Source: an uncultured Gemmatimonadaceae bacterium (GTDB lineage Bacteria; Gemmatimonadota; Gemmatimonadetes; Gemmatimonadales; Gemmatimonadaceae). Taken from it: DNA of 64,000 bases. Below, piece by piece: positions 37,321-46,907 of this stretch (position 1 is its first letter; the number at the start of each line of letters is the position of its first letter). The translations under genes were made by a program, and so were the position numbers. The stretch spans positions 1 to 64,000 of the forward strand of contig CAWGJO010000017.1 of the NCBI GenBank assembly GCA_963822945.1. Direction: 5' to 3'. The notes beneath the pieces were generated by a model. The model was not told the DNA's origin. It saw only the letters and a program-made list of their open reading frames with translations, and made no database searches.

Positions 37321-37346
37321 GGACGGAATGGCCGGCGCCGCCGGGT

Positions 37347-37841
37347 TCAGCCGTTTTGGAGCACGGGCAGCCCGCGGCCCGTGTCATCCTCGGCGAGCTC
37401 GGGCAGGCCCACCCGCGCCCGCACCACGTGCTCCTGGTGCAGCAGGTCGGACAGCCGGACGCCCTCGAGCACCTCGTCGATCCGCTGCTGCAGCATCAGC
37501 CACACCGGCCGGATACTGCAGTCGTGCGCCGCCGAGCAGCGTTCCTCTTCCACCGGATGCGACACGCAGTGGAGGTCGAACGTCGTCAGCTCGGACGCAT
37601 TGATCACGTCCCGCACGCTGATCTCGGAGGACGGACGCGCGAGCGCGTACCCGCCGCGGGCCCCCCGGGTGCTCTTCACGATATCGGCCCGGCGAAGACG
37701 GAGCAGGATCTGCTCGACGTAATCCACCGGCAGCCGTTCGGTCGCCGCGATTTCGCGACCAGTGATCGGTCCATCATCAGTGCGCTTCGCAAGATGAAGC
37801 GCACATATCACGCCGTATTCGGCCAGAGTAGTTATACGCAC
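37347..37841 (-). CDS. Rrf2 family transcriptional regulator with three Cys (IscR/NsrR-like)
   Basis: YVEQILLRLRRADIVKSTRGARGGYAL and C-x9-C-x5-C. Confidence 0.9.
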   Translation of the reverse strand: MRITTLAEYGVICALHLAKRTDDGPITGREIAATERLPVDYVEQILLRLRRADIVKSTRGARGGYALARPSSEISVRDVINASELTTFDLHCVSHPVEEERCSAAHDCSIRPVWLMLQQRIDEVLEGVRLSDLLHQEHVVRARVGLPELAEDDTGRGLPVLQNG

Positions 37842-37900
37842 GTTTGGAGGTTAATGCGCGAGCGCGGTGGCGGAAAGGGGAGCCGGAAATCGGGGGGGAC

Positions 37901-39319
37901 TCAGCCGCCCCCGTGGCGCCCCCCGGGCACCCCGATCTCCGTCATCTTCCGGAGGTCCAGGACGTCGGCAATCTGATCGGGCGGCAGGACCTTCTCGCGC
38001 TCGACCAACTCCCGAATCAGCACGTTCTCCTTGACCGAGCGTTTGCTGATCTCGGCGGCCTTGGCGTAGCCGATCTGCGGCGCGAGCGCCGTGGCGAGCG
38101 CCGCCGATCGCTCCACCCAGTACTCGCACTGCGCGCGGTTGGCGGTGATGCCGGCCACGCAGCGTTCGTTCAGCACGACGGCGGCGTTGGAGAGGATGAT
38201 CATCGAGAACATCACGTTGTGGGCGATGACGGGCATCATGACGTTCAATTCGAGCTGGCCGTGCTCGGCGGCGGCCGCCACGCACGCGTCGTTGCCCACC
38301 ACCTGGAAGCACACCTGGTTGACCATCTCGGCGACCGACGGATTGATTTTGCCCGGCATGATCGACGACCCCGGCTGCACGGCGGGGAGCACGATCTCGT
38401 CGAGCCCGGTGCGGGGACCGCTGACGAGCAGCCGCAGATCGTTCGCGATCTTGCTCAGGTCGAGGGCCAGCACCCGCACCACCGCCGAGAACGCCGCGGC
38501 GTCGCCCATGCTCTGCATGAGCTGGATGCGATTCTTGCCCACGCGCAGGTCGAGCTTGGTGACGGCTTTCAGGTGCTTGTTCATCAACGCCGGGTATTCG
38601 GGCTCGACGTTCACCCCGGTGCCGACGGCGCTGCCGCCGATGCCGAGATCGCGGAGGAAGTCGGCCGCCTGCCGGATTCTCGCCAGGTTCCGATCGATGG
38701 TGCCGGCGTACGCCGTGAACTCCTGCCCCAGCCGGATCGGCATCGCGTCCTGCAGATGGGTCCGGCCCGCCTTCACGATGTCGTCGAATTCCTTGCCCTT
38801 CGCGGCGAAGGCGTCGCGAAGCCCGCCGAAGGCCTGTTCCAGCGTCGCCAGCAGGTCGAGCGCGCCCAGCCGGATGGCCGTCGGAATCACGTCGTTGGTG
38901 GACTGGGCCATGTTGACGTGGTCGTTCGGGTGCACGGGCTTGTACTCGCCCCGCTTGCCGCCCAGGAGTTCGTTGGCGCGGTTGGCGAGCACCTCGTTGC
39001 AGTTCATGTTGTGCGAGGTGCCCGCGCCGGCCTGATACACGTCGACCACGAAGTGATCGTCATACTTGCCCGCCAGCACTTCGTCGGCGGCGGCCACGAT
39101 GGCGTCGGCCAGCTTGGGGTCCAGCCGGCCGGTCTCCTTGTGGGTAAGGGCCGCGGCCTTCTTGATCCAGACCACCGCCCGCACGAACTCCTTGAGCGGT
39201 TTCAACCCGCTGATCGGGAAGTTCTGGAGGGCACGCTGGGTCTGGACGCCGTAATACGCATCGGCCGGCACGTCGAGTGGGCCGAGAGGATCCTTTTCGG
39301 AACGCGTTGCGGAAGTCAT
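37901..39319 (-). CDS. aspA: Aspartate ammonia-lyase / class II fumarase family
   Basis: GTSHNMN, STND, GRTHLQDA and GSSIMPGKINP. Confidence 0.8.
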   Translation of the reverse strand: MTSATRSEKDPLGPLDVPADAYYGVQTQRALQNFPISGLKPLKEFVRAVVWIKKAAALTHKETGRLDPKLADAIVAAADEVLAGKYDDHFVVDVYQAGAGTSHNMNCNEVLANRANELLGGKRGEYKPVHPNDHVNMAQSTNDVIPTAIRLGALDLLATLEQAFGGLRDAFAAKGKEFDDIVKAGRTHLQDAMPIRLGQEFTAYAGTIDRNLARIRQAADFLRDLGIGGSAVGTGVNVEPEYPALMNKHLKAVTKLDLRVGKNRIQLMQSMGDAAAFSAVVRVLALDLSKIANDLRLLVSGPRTGLDEIVLPAVQPGSSIMPGKINPSVAEMVNQVCFQVVGNDACVAAAAEHGQLELNVMMPVIAHNVMFSMIILSNAAVVLNERCVAGITANRAQCEYWVERSAALATALAPQIGYAKAAEISKRSVKENVLIRELVEREKVLPPDQIADVLDLRKMTEIGVPGGRHGGG

Positions 39320-39371
39320 AGGAAGAATCGCCGTGGGTGAAGAGTGGTGATTCGCCCGAAGGAAACGAGCG

Positions 39372-39857
39372 TCAGGACGACGTGCGCAGGCCGCGCACGG
39401 CGATGATGAGAATGGCGAACGCACTGAGCATCGCGATGCCGAGCAGAACGACGCTCAGCAGATGCAGTTGTCCGAACGCGACGCGCAGCGGGTCGGTGGC
39501 GGCGAGGGCATCCACCGGACCGGGGATGCGGGCCCGCACGCGCGCGATCATGGCGTCCACGATCAGCTGCGCGATCATGCAGGCCGTACCGCCGAGTGCC
39601 GCCGCCAGCACCCGGGGCTTGAAGCGCGTGCTCGCGTCGGTCCACACGCCGAACAGCATCACGGCGGCGAACACGACCATCCCCGCCCAGAAGATCACGG
39701 GCAGCACGCGCCCCACCAGATCGCCGGCGAGGGTGCGCGTGGGCAGCACGGCGAATGCCGCCGGCGCCACGACGGCCGCGAGCAGGACGGCCGCGCCGAG
39801 CCAGAGCGCGCCGAGCACGATCTGCCCCAGCGCGGCGCCCCGGGAGGTGAGCGTCAC
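39372..39857 (-). CDS. Four-TM membrane protein (DUF4149/TMEM205-like)
   Basis: WLG...VVAPAAF...AG..VG and FGQLHLLS pattern. Confidence 0.7.
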   Translation of the reverse strand: MTLTSRGAALGQIVLGALWLGAAVLLAAVVAPAAFAVLPTRTLAGDLVGRVLPVIFWAGMVVFAAVMLFGVWTDASTRFKPRVLAAALGGTACMIAQLIVDAMIARVRARIPGPVDALAATDPLRVAFGQLHLLSVVLLGIAMLSAFAILIIAVRGLRTSS

Positions 39858-40498
39858 CGGCGCACCGGCAGCGCCGTGCCGTTGAGGAACGGGTTGCCGG
39901 CCAGTTCGTCGCCGATCGTCGTCGCCGGTCCGTGCCCTGGGAACACGCGCGTCGCAGGCGCGAGCGCGCTCACCCTGGCGAGCGACGCCTCCATGGCGTC
40001 CCCGTCGCAGAACGGCAGGTCCGTGCGTCCGACCGAGCCCCGGAACAGCAGGTCGCCGCCCAGCAGGAGGTCGTCCGCGTGAAACACGACGTGGCCGGGG
40101 GCGTGGCCCGGAGTATGGAGCACCTCGAACCGGGCGCCGCCGACGGTGACCACGTCGCCCTCGGCGAGTTCGCGATCCGGCGGCTCGGGCTGGTCGAAGG
40201 GCAAGCCGTACATCGCGGCAACGTCGGTCGCCCGGTCGTAGAGCGGGCGGTCAGCCGGATGCAGGTACACCGGAACCGGATGTACGCGTCGAACCCCGTT
40301 GATGGCGCCCACGTGATCCAGGTGGGCGTGGGTGAGCCAGATGGCCTCGAGCGCCGCCCCCGAAGCGGCGACCATCGCTAGCAGGCGCTCCGGCTCGTCC
40401 CCCGGGTCGATCAGGACCGCCCGTGCCGACGGTTCGTCGACGACCAGGTAGCAGTTCTCCTGGAACGGACCGACGGTCTGGGACTCGATCCGGATCAC
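39854..40498 (-). CDS. Metallo-beta-lactamase fold hydrolase (glyoxalase II-like)
   Basis: THAHLDH, TPGHAPG, GDLLF, GRTDLP and PGHG. Confidence 0.92.
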   Translation of the reverse strand: MIRIESQTVGPFQENCYLVVDEPSARAVLIDPGDEPERLLAMVAASGAALEAIWLTHAHLDHVGAINGVRRVHPVPVYLHPADRPLYDRATDVAAMYGLPFDQPEPPDRELAEGDVVTVGGARFEVLHTPGHAPGHVVFHADDLLLGGDLLFRGSVGRTDLPFCDGDAMEASLARVSALAPATRVFPGHGPATTIGDELAGNPFLNGTALPVRR

Positions 40499-40511
40499 GC
40501 CCCGCCCCGGC

Positions 40512-41481
40512 TCACGCCGCCCCCACCGGTTTTGCGGCGTCGGCGCGCGCCTTCAGGTACTTCTCGGCAGCGATGGCGGCCGTCGTGGCATCCCCGACCG
40601 CGGTCGTCACCTGGCGTGTCACCTGCACCCGCACGTCGCCGGCCGCGAACAGGCCCGGCGTGGAAGTCTGCATGCTCCAGTCGGTGATCAGATACCCCGT
40701 GGCGTCGTGGTCCACATGGTCGGCGATCACCCCGGTGTTCGGTTTGAACCCGATGAAGACGAACATGCCGGTGACCGGGCAGCTCGCGCCGCTCGCCGGT
40801 GTTGACGTCCCGGAGTTCGAGATGGTGCAGCAGCCCGTCGTCATCGCCCACGGCCCGCTCGACGACGGTGTTCCAGATCATCTGGATCTTCGGATTCTCG
40901 AACGCACGCTCCTGGATGATCTTCGACGCACGCAGTTCTTCGCGGCGGTGAATCAGATACACCCGGTCCGCATATCGCGTGAGGTAGTCGGCTTCCTCGA
41001 CCGCCGCGTCGCCACCACCCACGACGGCGATCGTGTGCCCGCGGAAGAAGGCGCCGTCGCACACCGCGCAGTAGGACACGCCCTTGCCGGCATACTCCAG
41101 TTCGCCGGGGATGCCGAGCTTGATGGGCGTACCGCCGGCCGTGACGATGACCGTCGGGGAGAGGTACGTGTCGCCGCTCTCGGTGGTGGTCTCGAACAGG
41201 CCGTCGTCACGCTTCTTGATGGACGAGACGACGACGCCGGTGCGAATGTCGGCGCCGAACTTGGTGGCGTGATCGGCGAACTTCTGCGCCAGTTCGTAGC
41301 CGAGAATGCTCTCGAAGCCCGGATAGTCCTCGATCAACTCCGTGTTGAGCAGCTCGCCGCCGGGGGCGCCGCGCTCGAGCACGACCGTCTTCAGCATTCC
41401 GCGGCCGGCGTACATGCCGGCGCACAAGCCGGCAGGGCCGGCCCCGATGATCACGACCTCGAACTCATGGGTCTGTGCCAC
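40512..41481 (-). CDS. trxB: Thioredoxin reductase (apparent frameshift near 40777)
   Basis: GAGPAG, GVSYCAVCDG, GGGDAAVEEA and HRREELRA; after the shift, GLFAAGDV. Confidence 0.93.
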
Positions 41482-41594
41482 AGGATTCTCTCTTTCGGGG
41501 CTCCGCGCCGTTGGCCGCGGAGCGTTTCTCTGATCTGAATCTCGCCAGAAACACCGGCGAGGGGAACCGGAATACCCTCACGCTAATCGAACCG

Positions 41595-42374
41595 TCAACC
41601 ACTTCGGGAGTCGGAAGTTCCCCGGCCCACGAGCAGGCGGCTCACCGCCCCGTGGCAGTGTGAGACGGTCCCCACCAGCGCATCCACCGGCCCTCCCCCG
41701 GCGCCGGCCGCCGCGATCGCGGCGTCGGCATCCAGCACCTCCGCGACGTCGATCATCCCAACGCCGTAGGCCCGATGCACGCACCGGAAAAGAAGGGGCA
41801 TCGCGGCGGCCGCGCCCCCTGCGCCACCGCCCGCGGCGTAGGCCCGGAGCGCCGGCGCGAGGCTCCAGTCGCGCGGGCCGCGCGTGTGCGGACACACGTC
41901 GGGCTCGATGCAGTTGATGGGACACATCCACGTAGCGTAGCTCACGTAGTGGGTCCCATCGGGGGCCGCCCGTTCCCACGGCACCTCGGGTGGTGCCTCC
42001 AGCGGGGCCACGCGAACGTCTCGCGCCGGCCAGCGCGCGCGGGCGGCGTCCGCCAGCCAATCGCGCAACAGGTGCGGCATGAGCGGCGATGGGACGATGG
42101 CATCCGTGCGGCCGGCGGACGCGAGAAAACCCGCCAGGTACTCCCGCCATTCGGCGGTCTCGATCATGACCAGCGGATCTCGGTCGGCGACCTCCGTGGA
42201 CAGCGCGCACGCGGGATCACGGTCGACGACCACCACTTGGTGACAGTGGACGGCCCCGGCGGCCACGGCCCGCCGGAGCTGGCGCACGTAGTAGCCGCCG
42301 TAGCACCCCCCACCGATGACGACGATGCGACCGAAGTGCTGTGGCGCCGAGAGCCGCGGGTTAGCGACGGACAC
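41595..42374 (-). CDS. Hypothetical protein with an N-terminal Rossmann motif and Cys/His cluster
   Basis: IVVIGGGCYG, CPINCIEPDVCPH and SHCHG. GTG start overlaps the SDR stop. Confidence 0.7.
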   Translation of the reverse strand: MSVANPRLSAPQHFGRIVVIGGGCYGGYYVRQLRRAVAAGAVHCHQVVVVDRDPACALSTEVADRDPLVMIETAEWREYLAGFLASAGRTDAIVPSPLMPHLLRDWLADAARARWPARDVRVAPLEAPPEVPWERAAPDGTHYVSYATWMCPINCIEPDVCPHTRGPRDWSLAPALRAYAAGGGAGGAAAAMPLLFRCVHRAYGVGMIDVAEVLDADAAIAAAGAGGGPVDALVGTVSHCHGAVSRLLVGRGTSDSRSG

Positions 42375-43095
42375 GACGTCCGCCGTCCACGACGACGGTC
42401 TCGCCGGTGACGAAGTCGGCGTCGAGCAGATAGAGCACGGCCTGCACCACGTCGTCCGGAGTCCCGTGCCGGGCGAGCGGCGTGGTCTCACGCAGCCGCT
42501 CGGCGTCGGCCGCCGTCCAGTCCTCGGGCAACAACACCGTGCCCGGGGCCACGGCGTTCACGCGCACGGCCGGCGCGAGCACGCGGGCCAGCGATTCCGT
42601 GAGCCGCACGACCGCCAGCTTGGAAAGCCCGTGCGGGATGTAACCGGGCCATGTCTCGAAGGCCGCGAGGTCGGCGATGTTCACGATGGCGCCGCCGCTG
42701 CCGGCGCTCAGCCACGGCGCCGCCGCCTGCGACAGCAAGTACGGCGCGCGGAGATTGAGCGCGAAGATGCGGTCCCATGCCTCCGGCGACGTCTCGCCGA
42801 ACGGCGTGCGCTCCATGACGGCCGCCGAGTTGACGAGCACGTCGAGACCGCCGAGCTGACCGGCGGCGTCGGCGACGAGCGCCGCCGGCGCGTCGGGATC
42901 GGCGAGGTCGGCGCGGACGAGCACCGCGTCCCCCCCGGCCGCCGCAATCAGCCGCGCCGTCTCCGCGGCGCCCGCTTCGGAGCCGTGGTAGTGCACGGCC
43001 ACGCGCATGCCGCGGCCGCCGAGTCCCACGGCGATCGCGCGTCCCACGCGTCTGCCCGCGCCCGTTACCATCGCCGTCCGTTCGCGCAACTGCAT
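42361..43095 (-). CDS. SDR oxidoreductase, pteridine reductase/FolM-like
   Basis: TGAGRRVG, VHYHGS, NSAA and VNAVAPG; catalytic motif reads HGLSK. Confidence 0.8.
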   Translation of the reverse strand: MQLRERTAMVTGAGRRVGRAIAVGLGGRGMRVAVHYHGSEAGAAETARLIAAAGGDAVLVRADLADPDAPAALVADAAGQLGGLDVLVNSAAVMERTPFGETSPEAWDRIFALNLRAPYLLSQAAAPWLSAGSGGAIVNIADLAAFETWPGYIPHGLSKLAVVRLTESLARVLAPAVRVNAVAPGTVLLPEDWTAADAERLRETTPLARHGTPDDVVQAVLYLLDADFVTGETVVVDGGRRVRR

Positions 43096-43115
43096 GCCGC
43101 CTCCCGTTGCGGTCG

Positions 43116-43991
43116 CTACTTCCCGGCGGCCGTGCGCCGCTCGGCCACCCGCGCGTCCTGCTGCGCCAGCCACGCCTCCGGCACGCGCATCGACCCGAGC
43201 GTGCGCGGGCCGCTGCCGGCGCCGTGCCAGTCCGAGCCTCCGCTGGGCAACAGGCCGAGATGGTCGGCAATCGCGCGCAGCCGCGCGATGTCCTCCGCGC
43301 CGTGGCTGGGGTGCAGGACCTCGACGCCGTCCAGCCCCTGGGCGGCCAGCGCCTCCACCCGGGCCAGTGTGCCGGTATGCCCGGGGTGGGCCATGACGGC
43401 CACTCCGCCGGCGCGGTGGATCATGGCGATCGCGTCGGCCATGGTCAGTTTGTCCTTGGCGACGAACGCCGGCCGGCCGTTGCCGAGATACCGGTCGAAC
43501 GCGTCGCGAAGGTCGGTGGCCCAGCCCTCCTGAACCAGTGCGCGGGCCACGTGCGGACGCCCGATGGCCGCCCCCGCGGCCTGCTCCAGCACGGCCTCGA
43601 AGGTGATCCGGACACCCAAGTCGTTGAGCCGCGTCACCATGCGCGCCGCGCGCTCGCGGCGCATCTCCCGCAACTCGGCCAGCCCGGCTTCGATCTCGCC
43701 GGGGCGCGACAGGTGGAGGCCCAGAAGGTGTGTTTCGACGTCGCCCTCCACCGCGCTCAACTCCACGCCCGCCACCAGCCGCACACCGACGGAGTCCGCG
43801 GCGGCGCGCGCTTCTTCGACACCGGCCACGGTATCGTGATCGGTCAGCGCGATGGCGGCGAGGCCGGCGGCACGCGCCGCCGCCATCACCTCCGCCGGCG
43901 CCCGTGACCCGTCGGATGCGGTGGAATGAGAGTGCAGATCGACGTAGGCAGAGCGCTCGACCACGGGAGGGGCGCCCTCCGGCACCGTCAC
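43116..43991 (-). CDS. PHP domain phosphoesterase (TrpH/YciV-like)
   Basis: DLHSHSTASDG, LTDHD, GRPH, AHP and GGSDWHG. Confidence 0.9.
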   Translation of the reverse strand: MTVPEGAPPVVERSAYVDLHSHSTASDGSRAPAEVMAAARAAGLAAIALTDHDTVAGVEEARAAADSVGVRLVAGVELSAVEGDVETHLLGLHLSRPGEIEAGLAELREMRRERAARMVTRLNDLGVRITFEAVLEQAAGAAIGRPHVARALVQEGWATDLRDAFDRYLGNGRPAFVAKDKLTMADAIAMIHRAGGVAVMAHPGHTGTLARVEALAAQGLDGVEVLHPSHGAEDIARLRAIADHLGLLPSGGSDWHGAGSGPRTLGSMRVPEAWLAQQDARVAERRTAAGK

Positions 43992-44254
43992 GCGGAGTAG
44001 TCGGCTTCCGGCGACGTGAAGCTCGGCTGCGAGTGGCCGAACAACCGCTGCAGGTCGGCCTCGCTCATCTGGGCGAGCGCCAGTTCGCGGGAGCGGGTAC
44101 CGTGCGGCGAGTACCGGCTCACGCGGACCTCGCGCTCGTCACCGGTGCCTGCGATGAACAGCAGGGCGAACTCATCATGGTCGAGCTGCGTGACGCGGCC
44201 CGAGGGCACCACGCGCCACGACTTGCCATTCACGTTCAGCGTCCGGATGGGCAT
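43988..44254 (-). CDS. Hypothetical protein (88 aa)
   Basis: Globular composition; abuts or overlaps both neighbours. Confidence 0.7.
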   Translation of the reverse strand: MPIRTLNVNGKSWRVVPSGRVTQLDHDEFALLFIAGTGDEREVRVSRYSPHGTRSRELALAQMSEADLQRLFGHSQPSFTSPEADYSA

Positions 44255-44515
44255 CTAGGGCAACTCCACTTCAATGTAAATGCGCCCGGCGTCGAGAATC
44301 GGGTCGGGCGCGTCCCGATGGGCACGCGTCAACGTCTCGACGTCGGGGCCTTCGAAGAACTCGAGAAACGCGCCCGGCAGCCCCGCCTCCTCGAACGCCC
44401 AGAACCGGCATCCGGCCTTGGCGTAGTATTCCTGCCGCCGCACGAGCCGCTCGCCGTAGCGCTTCCGTTCCTGCGGTGGAATGAGGGTGCGTTGCACCGT
44501 GAGCGCGCGAGGCAT
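44255..44515 (-). CDS. Hypothetical protein (86 aa), possible dimeric alpha-beta barrel
   Basis: Pattern GCRFWAFEE...PGAFLEFFE; tightly packed between neighbours. Confidence 0.7.
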   Translation of the reverse strand: MPRALTVQRTLIPPQERKRYGERLVRRQEYYAKAGCRFWAFEEAGLPGAFLEFFEGPDVETLTRAHRDAPDPILDAGRIYIEVELP

Positions 44516-44516
44516 G

Positions 44517-45821
44517 TCAGAGGGCCGCGTCGGGGAAGCTCTCGATCGTACGCTTGATGTGGCCGAGGAACTGGTCGGCCACCGCGCCGTCGACGATCCG
44601 ATGATCGAACGAGAGGGAGAGATAGGAACAGGTGCGGATGGCGATCGTGTCCTCGCCGTCGGCGCCGGTGAGCACCTTCGCCCGCTTCTCGATGGCGCCG
44701 ATGCAGAGAATGGCCACCTGCGGCTGGTTGATGATCGGGGTGCCCGTGAGCGACCCGAACACCCCGGGATTGGTGATCGTGAACGTGCCGTCCTGCACCT
44801 CGCGCGGATCGAGCTTCTTGGCCCGGGCGCGACCGGCGAGGTCGTTGAGCGACTTCGTCAAACCGGCCAGCGACAGGTCTTCCGCGTTGCGGACCACCGG
44901 AACGATCAGCCCCCAGTCGAGCGCCACGGCAATGCCGAGGTTGATCGGACGCCGGTAGATGACGTTGGTGCCGGCCACCGACGCGTTGACCACGGGGAAC
45001 GCCTTCAGCGCATCCACCGTCGCCTTCATGATGAACGGCATGTACGAGAGCTTCTCCCCGTAGGCCGCCTCGAACGCGGCCTTCTGCGCGGCGCGAATGC
45101 GAGCCACGCGGGTGAAGTCCATCTCCATGATCGACGTCACGTGCGCCGAGGTATGCCGCGACACCACCATGTGCTCGCTGATCAGCGCGCGCATCTTGCT
45201 CATCGGCTCCACGCGGTCGCCCGGCCAGGCCGTGGGCATCGGCGCCGTGTGCGCCGCCGGAGCCGCCGCGCTCCGCGGCGCCCCGGAATCCAGGTACTGC
45301 ATGATGTCGCGCTTCGTGACCCGTCCGGCGAGCCCACTGCCCTGGAGGCCGGACAGTTCGACGCCATGCTCGGCGGCGATCTTGCGGACCAGCGGCGACG
45401 ACTTGGTGCGGAGCCGGTCCTCGAGCGAATGCCCGTTGCCGGACACGACGTTTGGCGCCGGCGCACGCACCGGCGGCGCAGGCGGCGCGGCCGGCGCCGG
45501 GGCGGCGGACACGGCCTTCGCCGCCGGAATAGCGGCCGCAGCCGGGGCCGCGGCCGGTTGGGCCGGCACCGCGGCGCCCTTCTCCGACTCGAGTCTGGCG
45601 ACGACGGCGTCCACCGCGACCGTCTCGCCTTCCTTGACGAGGATCTCGGCGATCACGCCGGCGGACGGCGACGGAATCTCGGCGTCGACCTTGTCGGTGG
45701 AGATCTCGAACAGCGGTTCGTCGCGCTTGACCTCGTCCCCGACCTTCTTCAGCCACTTGGACAGGGTGCCTTCGGCGATCGACTCGCCCATCTGGGGCAT
45801 GGTGACGTCTATGCGTGCCAC
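44517..45821 (-). CDS. 2-oxoacid dehydrogenase E2 dihydrolipoamide acyltransferase
   Basis: Lipoyl domain MPQMGES...STDKV, E3-binding domain SPLVRK...GRVTKRD, and catalytic DHRIVDG. Confidence 0.93.
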   Translation of the reverse strand: MARIDVTMPQMGESIAEGTLSKWLKKVGDEVKRDEPLFEISTDKVDAEIPSPSAGVIAEILVKEGETVAVDAVVARLESEKGAAVPAQPAAAPAAAAIPAAKAVSAAPAPAAPPAPPVRAPAPNVVSGNGHSLEDRLRTKSSPLVRKIAAEHGVELSGLQGSGLAGRVTKRDIMQYLDSGAPRSAAAPAAHTAPMPTAWPGDRVEPMSKMRALISEHMVVSRHTSAHVTSIMEMDFTRVARIRAAQKAAFEAAYGEKLSYMPFIMKATVDALKAFPVVNASVAGTNVIYRRPINLGIAVALDWGLIVPVVRNAEDLSLAGLTKSLNDLAGRARAKKLDPREVQDGTFTITNPGVFGSLTGTPIINQPQVAILCIGAIEKRAKVLTGADGEDTIAIRTCSYLSLSFDHRIVDGAVADQFLGHIKRTIESFPDAAL

Positions 45822-45825
45822 GGGA

Positions 45826-46119
45826 TCATCCTCGGTCCGATTTTTCAGCCGCGCGGCGTCCGCGGCGCCTCAGGAGCAGGACGGTCGTCGGAAAGATGAG
45901 CATACCGGCGACGGCCCCGAAGAACCAATAGCTTCCCCAACTACAGGGTGCGCCCGTGTTGGGATCGGACGAGCAGTGCTGCGCCCATCCGACGATCTTG
46001 GCCACGAGGACTCCCAACATGCCGCCGCCGAACAGGCCGGCGACGAGGGTGATGCACCCCAGACCAAGATACTCCCATGCGCTCCCGGTTTCGACCGGGG
46101 ATTGGTCATCGGGGGTCAA
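45826..46119 (-). CDS. Small two-TM hypothetical membrane protein
   Basis: Two hydrophobic segments around a C-x9-C loop, followed by a basic tail. Confidence 0.65.
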   Translation of the reverse strand: MTPDDQSPVETGSAWEYLGLGCITLVAGLFGGGMLGVLVAKIVGWAQHCSSDPNTGAPCSWGSYWFFGAVAGMLIFPTTVLLLRRRGRRAAEKSDRG

Positions 46120-46173
46120 ACCGGGGCTCCGCGAACGGCGTCGGGGGGACGGGAGGCCGGGGACATGCCGGCG

Positions 46174-46467
46174 TCAGTACGCGGCTTCGAGCGCGTGGCG
46201 AGGGTCTTCCTCGCGGTGCAGCGAGAGGAAGAACCGTTTGACGTTCCGGTCGAGCCGGCTCTCGCCGATCTGATCGGTCTCGACGTCGACGAAGGTGTAG
46301 TGTCCGCCCTCGGCCTTCACGGTGAGCCGCAGCGAGCCCAGGGGGCCGCTGAAGGTCCGCGTGCGCGCCGCGGAGGCCCCGCTCTGCAGGCCGAGGGCCG
46401 GAAAGAAGCGATCGGCGGCCGCAACGGCGTCCGCCGGCGTGAGATGACTGCGATAGAAGTGGCGCAT
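46174..46467 (-). CDS. Hypothetical protein (97 aa)
   Basis: MRHFYRSHLTPAD...LEAAY; TAATG overlap with the upstream gene. Confidence 0.7.
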   Translation of the reverse strand: MRHFYRSHLTPADAVAAADRFFPALGLQSGASAARTRTFSGPLGSLRLTVKAEGGHYTFVDVETDQIGESRLDRNVKRFFLSLHREEDPRHALEAAY

Positions 46468-46907
46468 TATGGTGGCGTCGAATCGGGGCGTTCGTTGAAC
46501 ACGTCCTGCATCCAGTCCACCCGCTCGAGCGGGTGGAGCGAGTCGCGACGGAACCGGATGGCCATGGCCCACTGGCCGGACATCACGAAATTCAGCTTGG
46601 CGTAGTAGGTGCCGAGTTCCGGTCCGTTCTGGAAGCCGTCCCAGGTGTGAGGGCCCTGGGGCCCGGCGCTCATGTTGGCGAAGATCTGGCCCTCGCCGTT
46701 GTCGATCGGCTGCTGGGTCTTCCGATCCCGCACGATGACTTTGTACGTGATGGTCTCGCGCGCGTGCGGCGGGATGTCGGAGGGCTCGATGACGAACTCG
46801 TAGCTCTTCGAGGGAAGGCGCAGCACGGGCCGTCGGGCCTCGCCGCCGCAGGCGGCCATGAAGGCCACCGTCCCTCCCAGTGCCAGCACGCGCGCGATTC
46901 GCATCAC
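46467..46907 (-). CDS. Hypothetical lipoprotein, beta-rich (possibly Ig-like/YtkA-like)
   Basis: Lipobox-like FMAAC after a hydrophobic stretch; GTYYAKLNFVMSGQW. Confidence 0.7.
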   Translation of the reverse strand: MMRIARVLALGGTVAFMAACGGEARRPVLRLPSKSYEFVIEPSDIPPHARETITYKVIVRDRKTQQPIDNGEGQIFANMSAGPQGPHTWDGFQNGPELGTYYAKLNFVMSGQWAMAIRFRRDSLHPLERVDWMQDVFNERPDSTPP

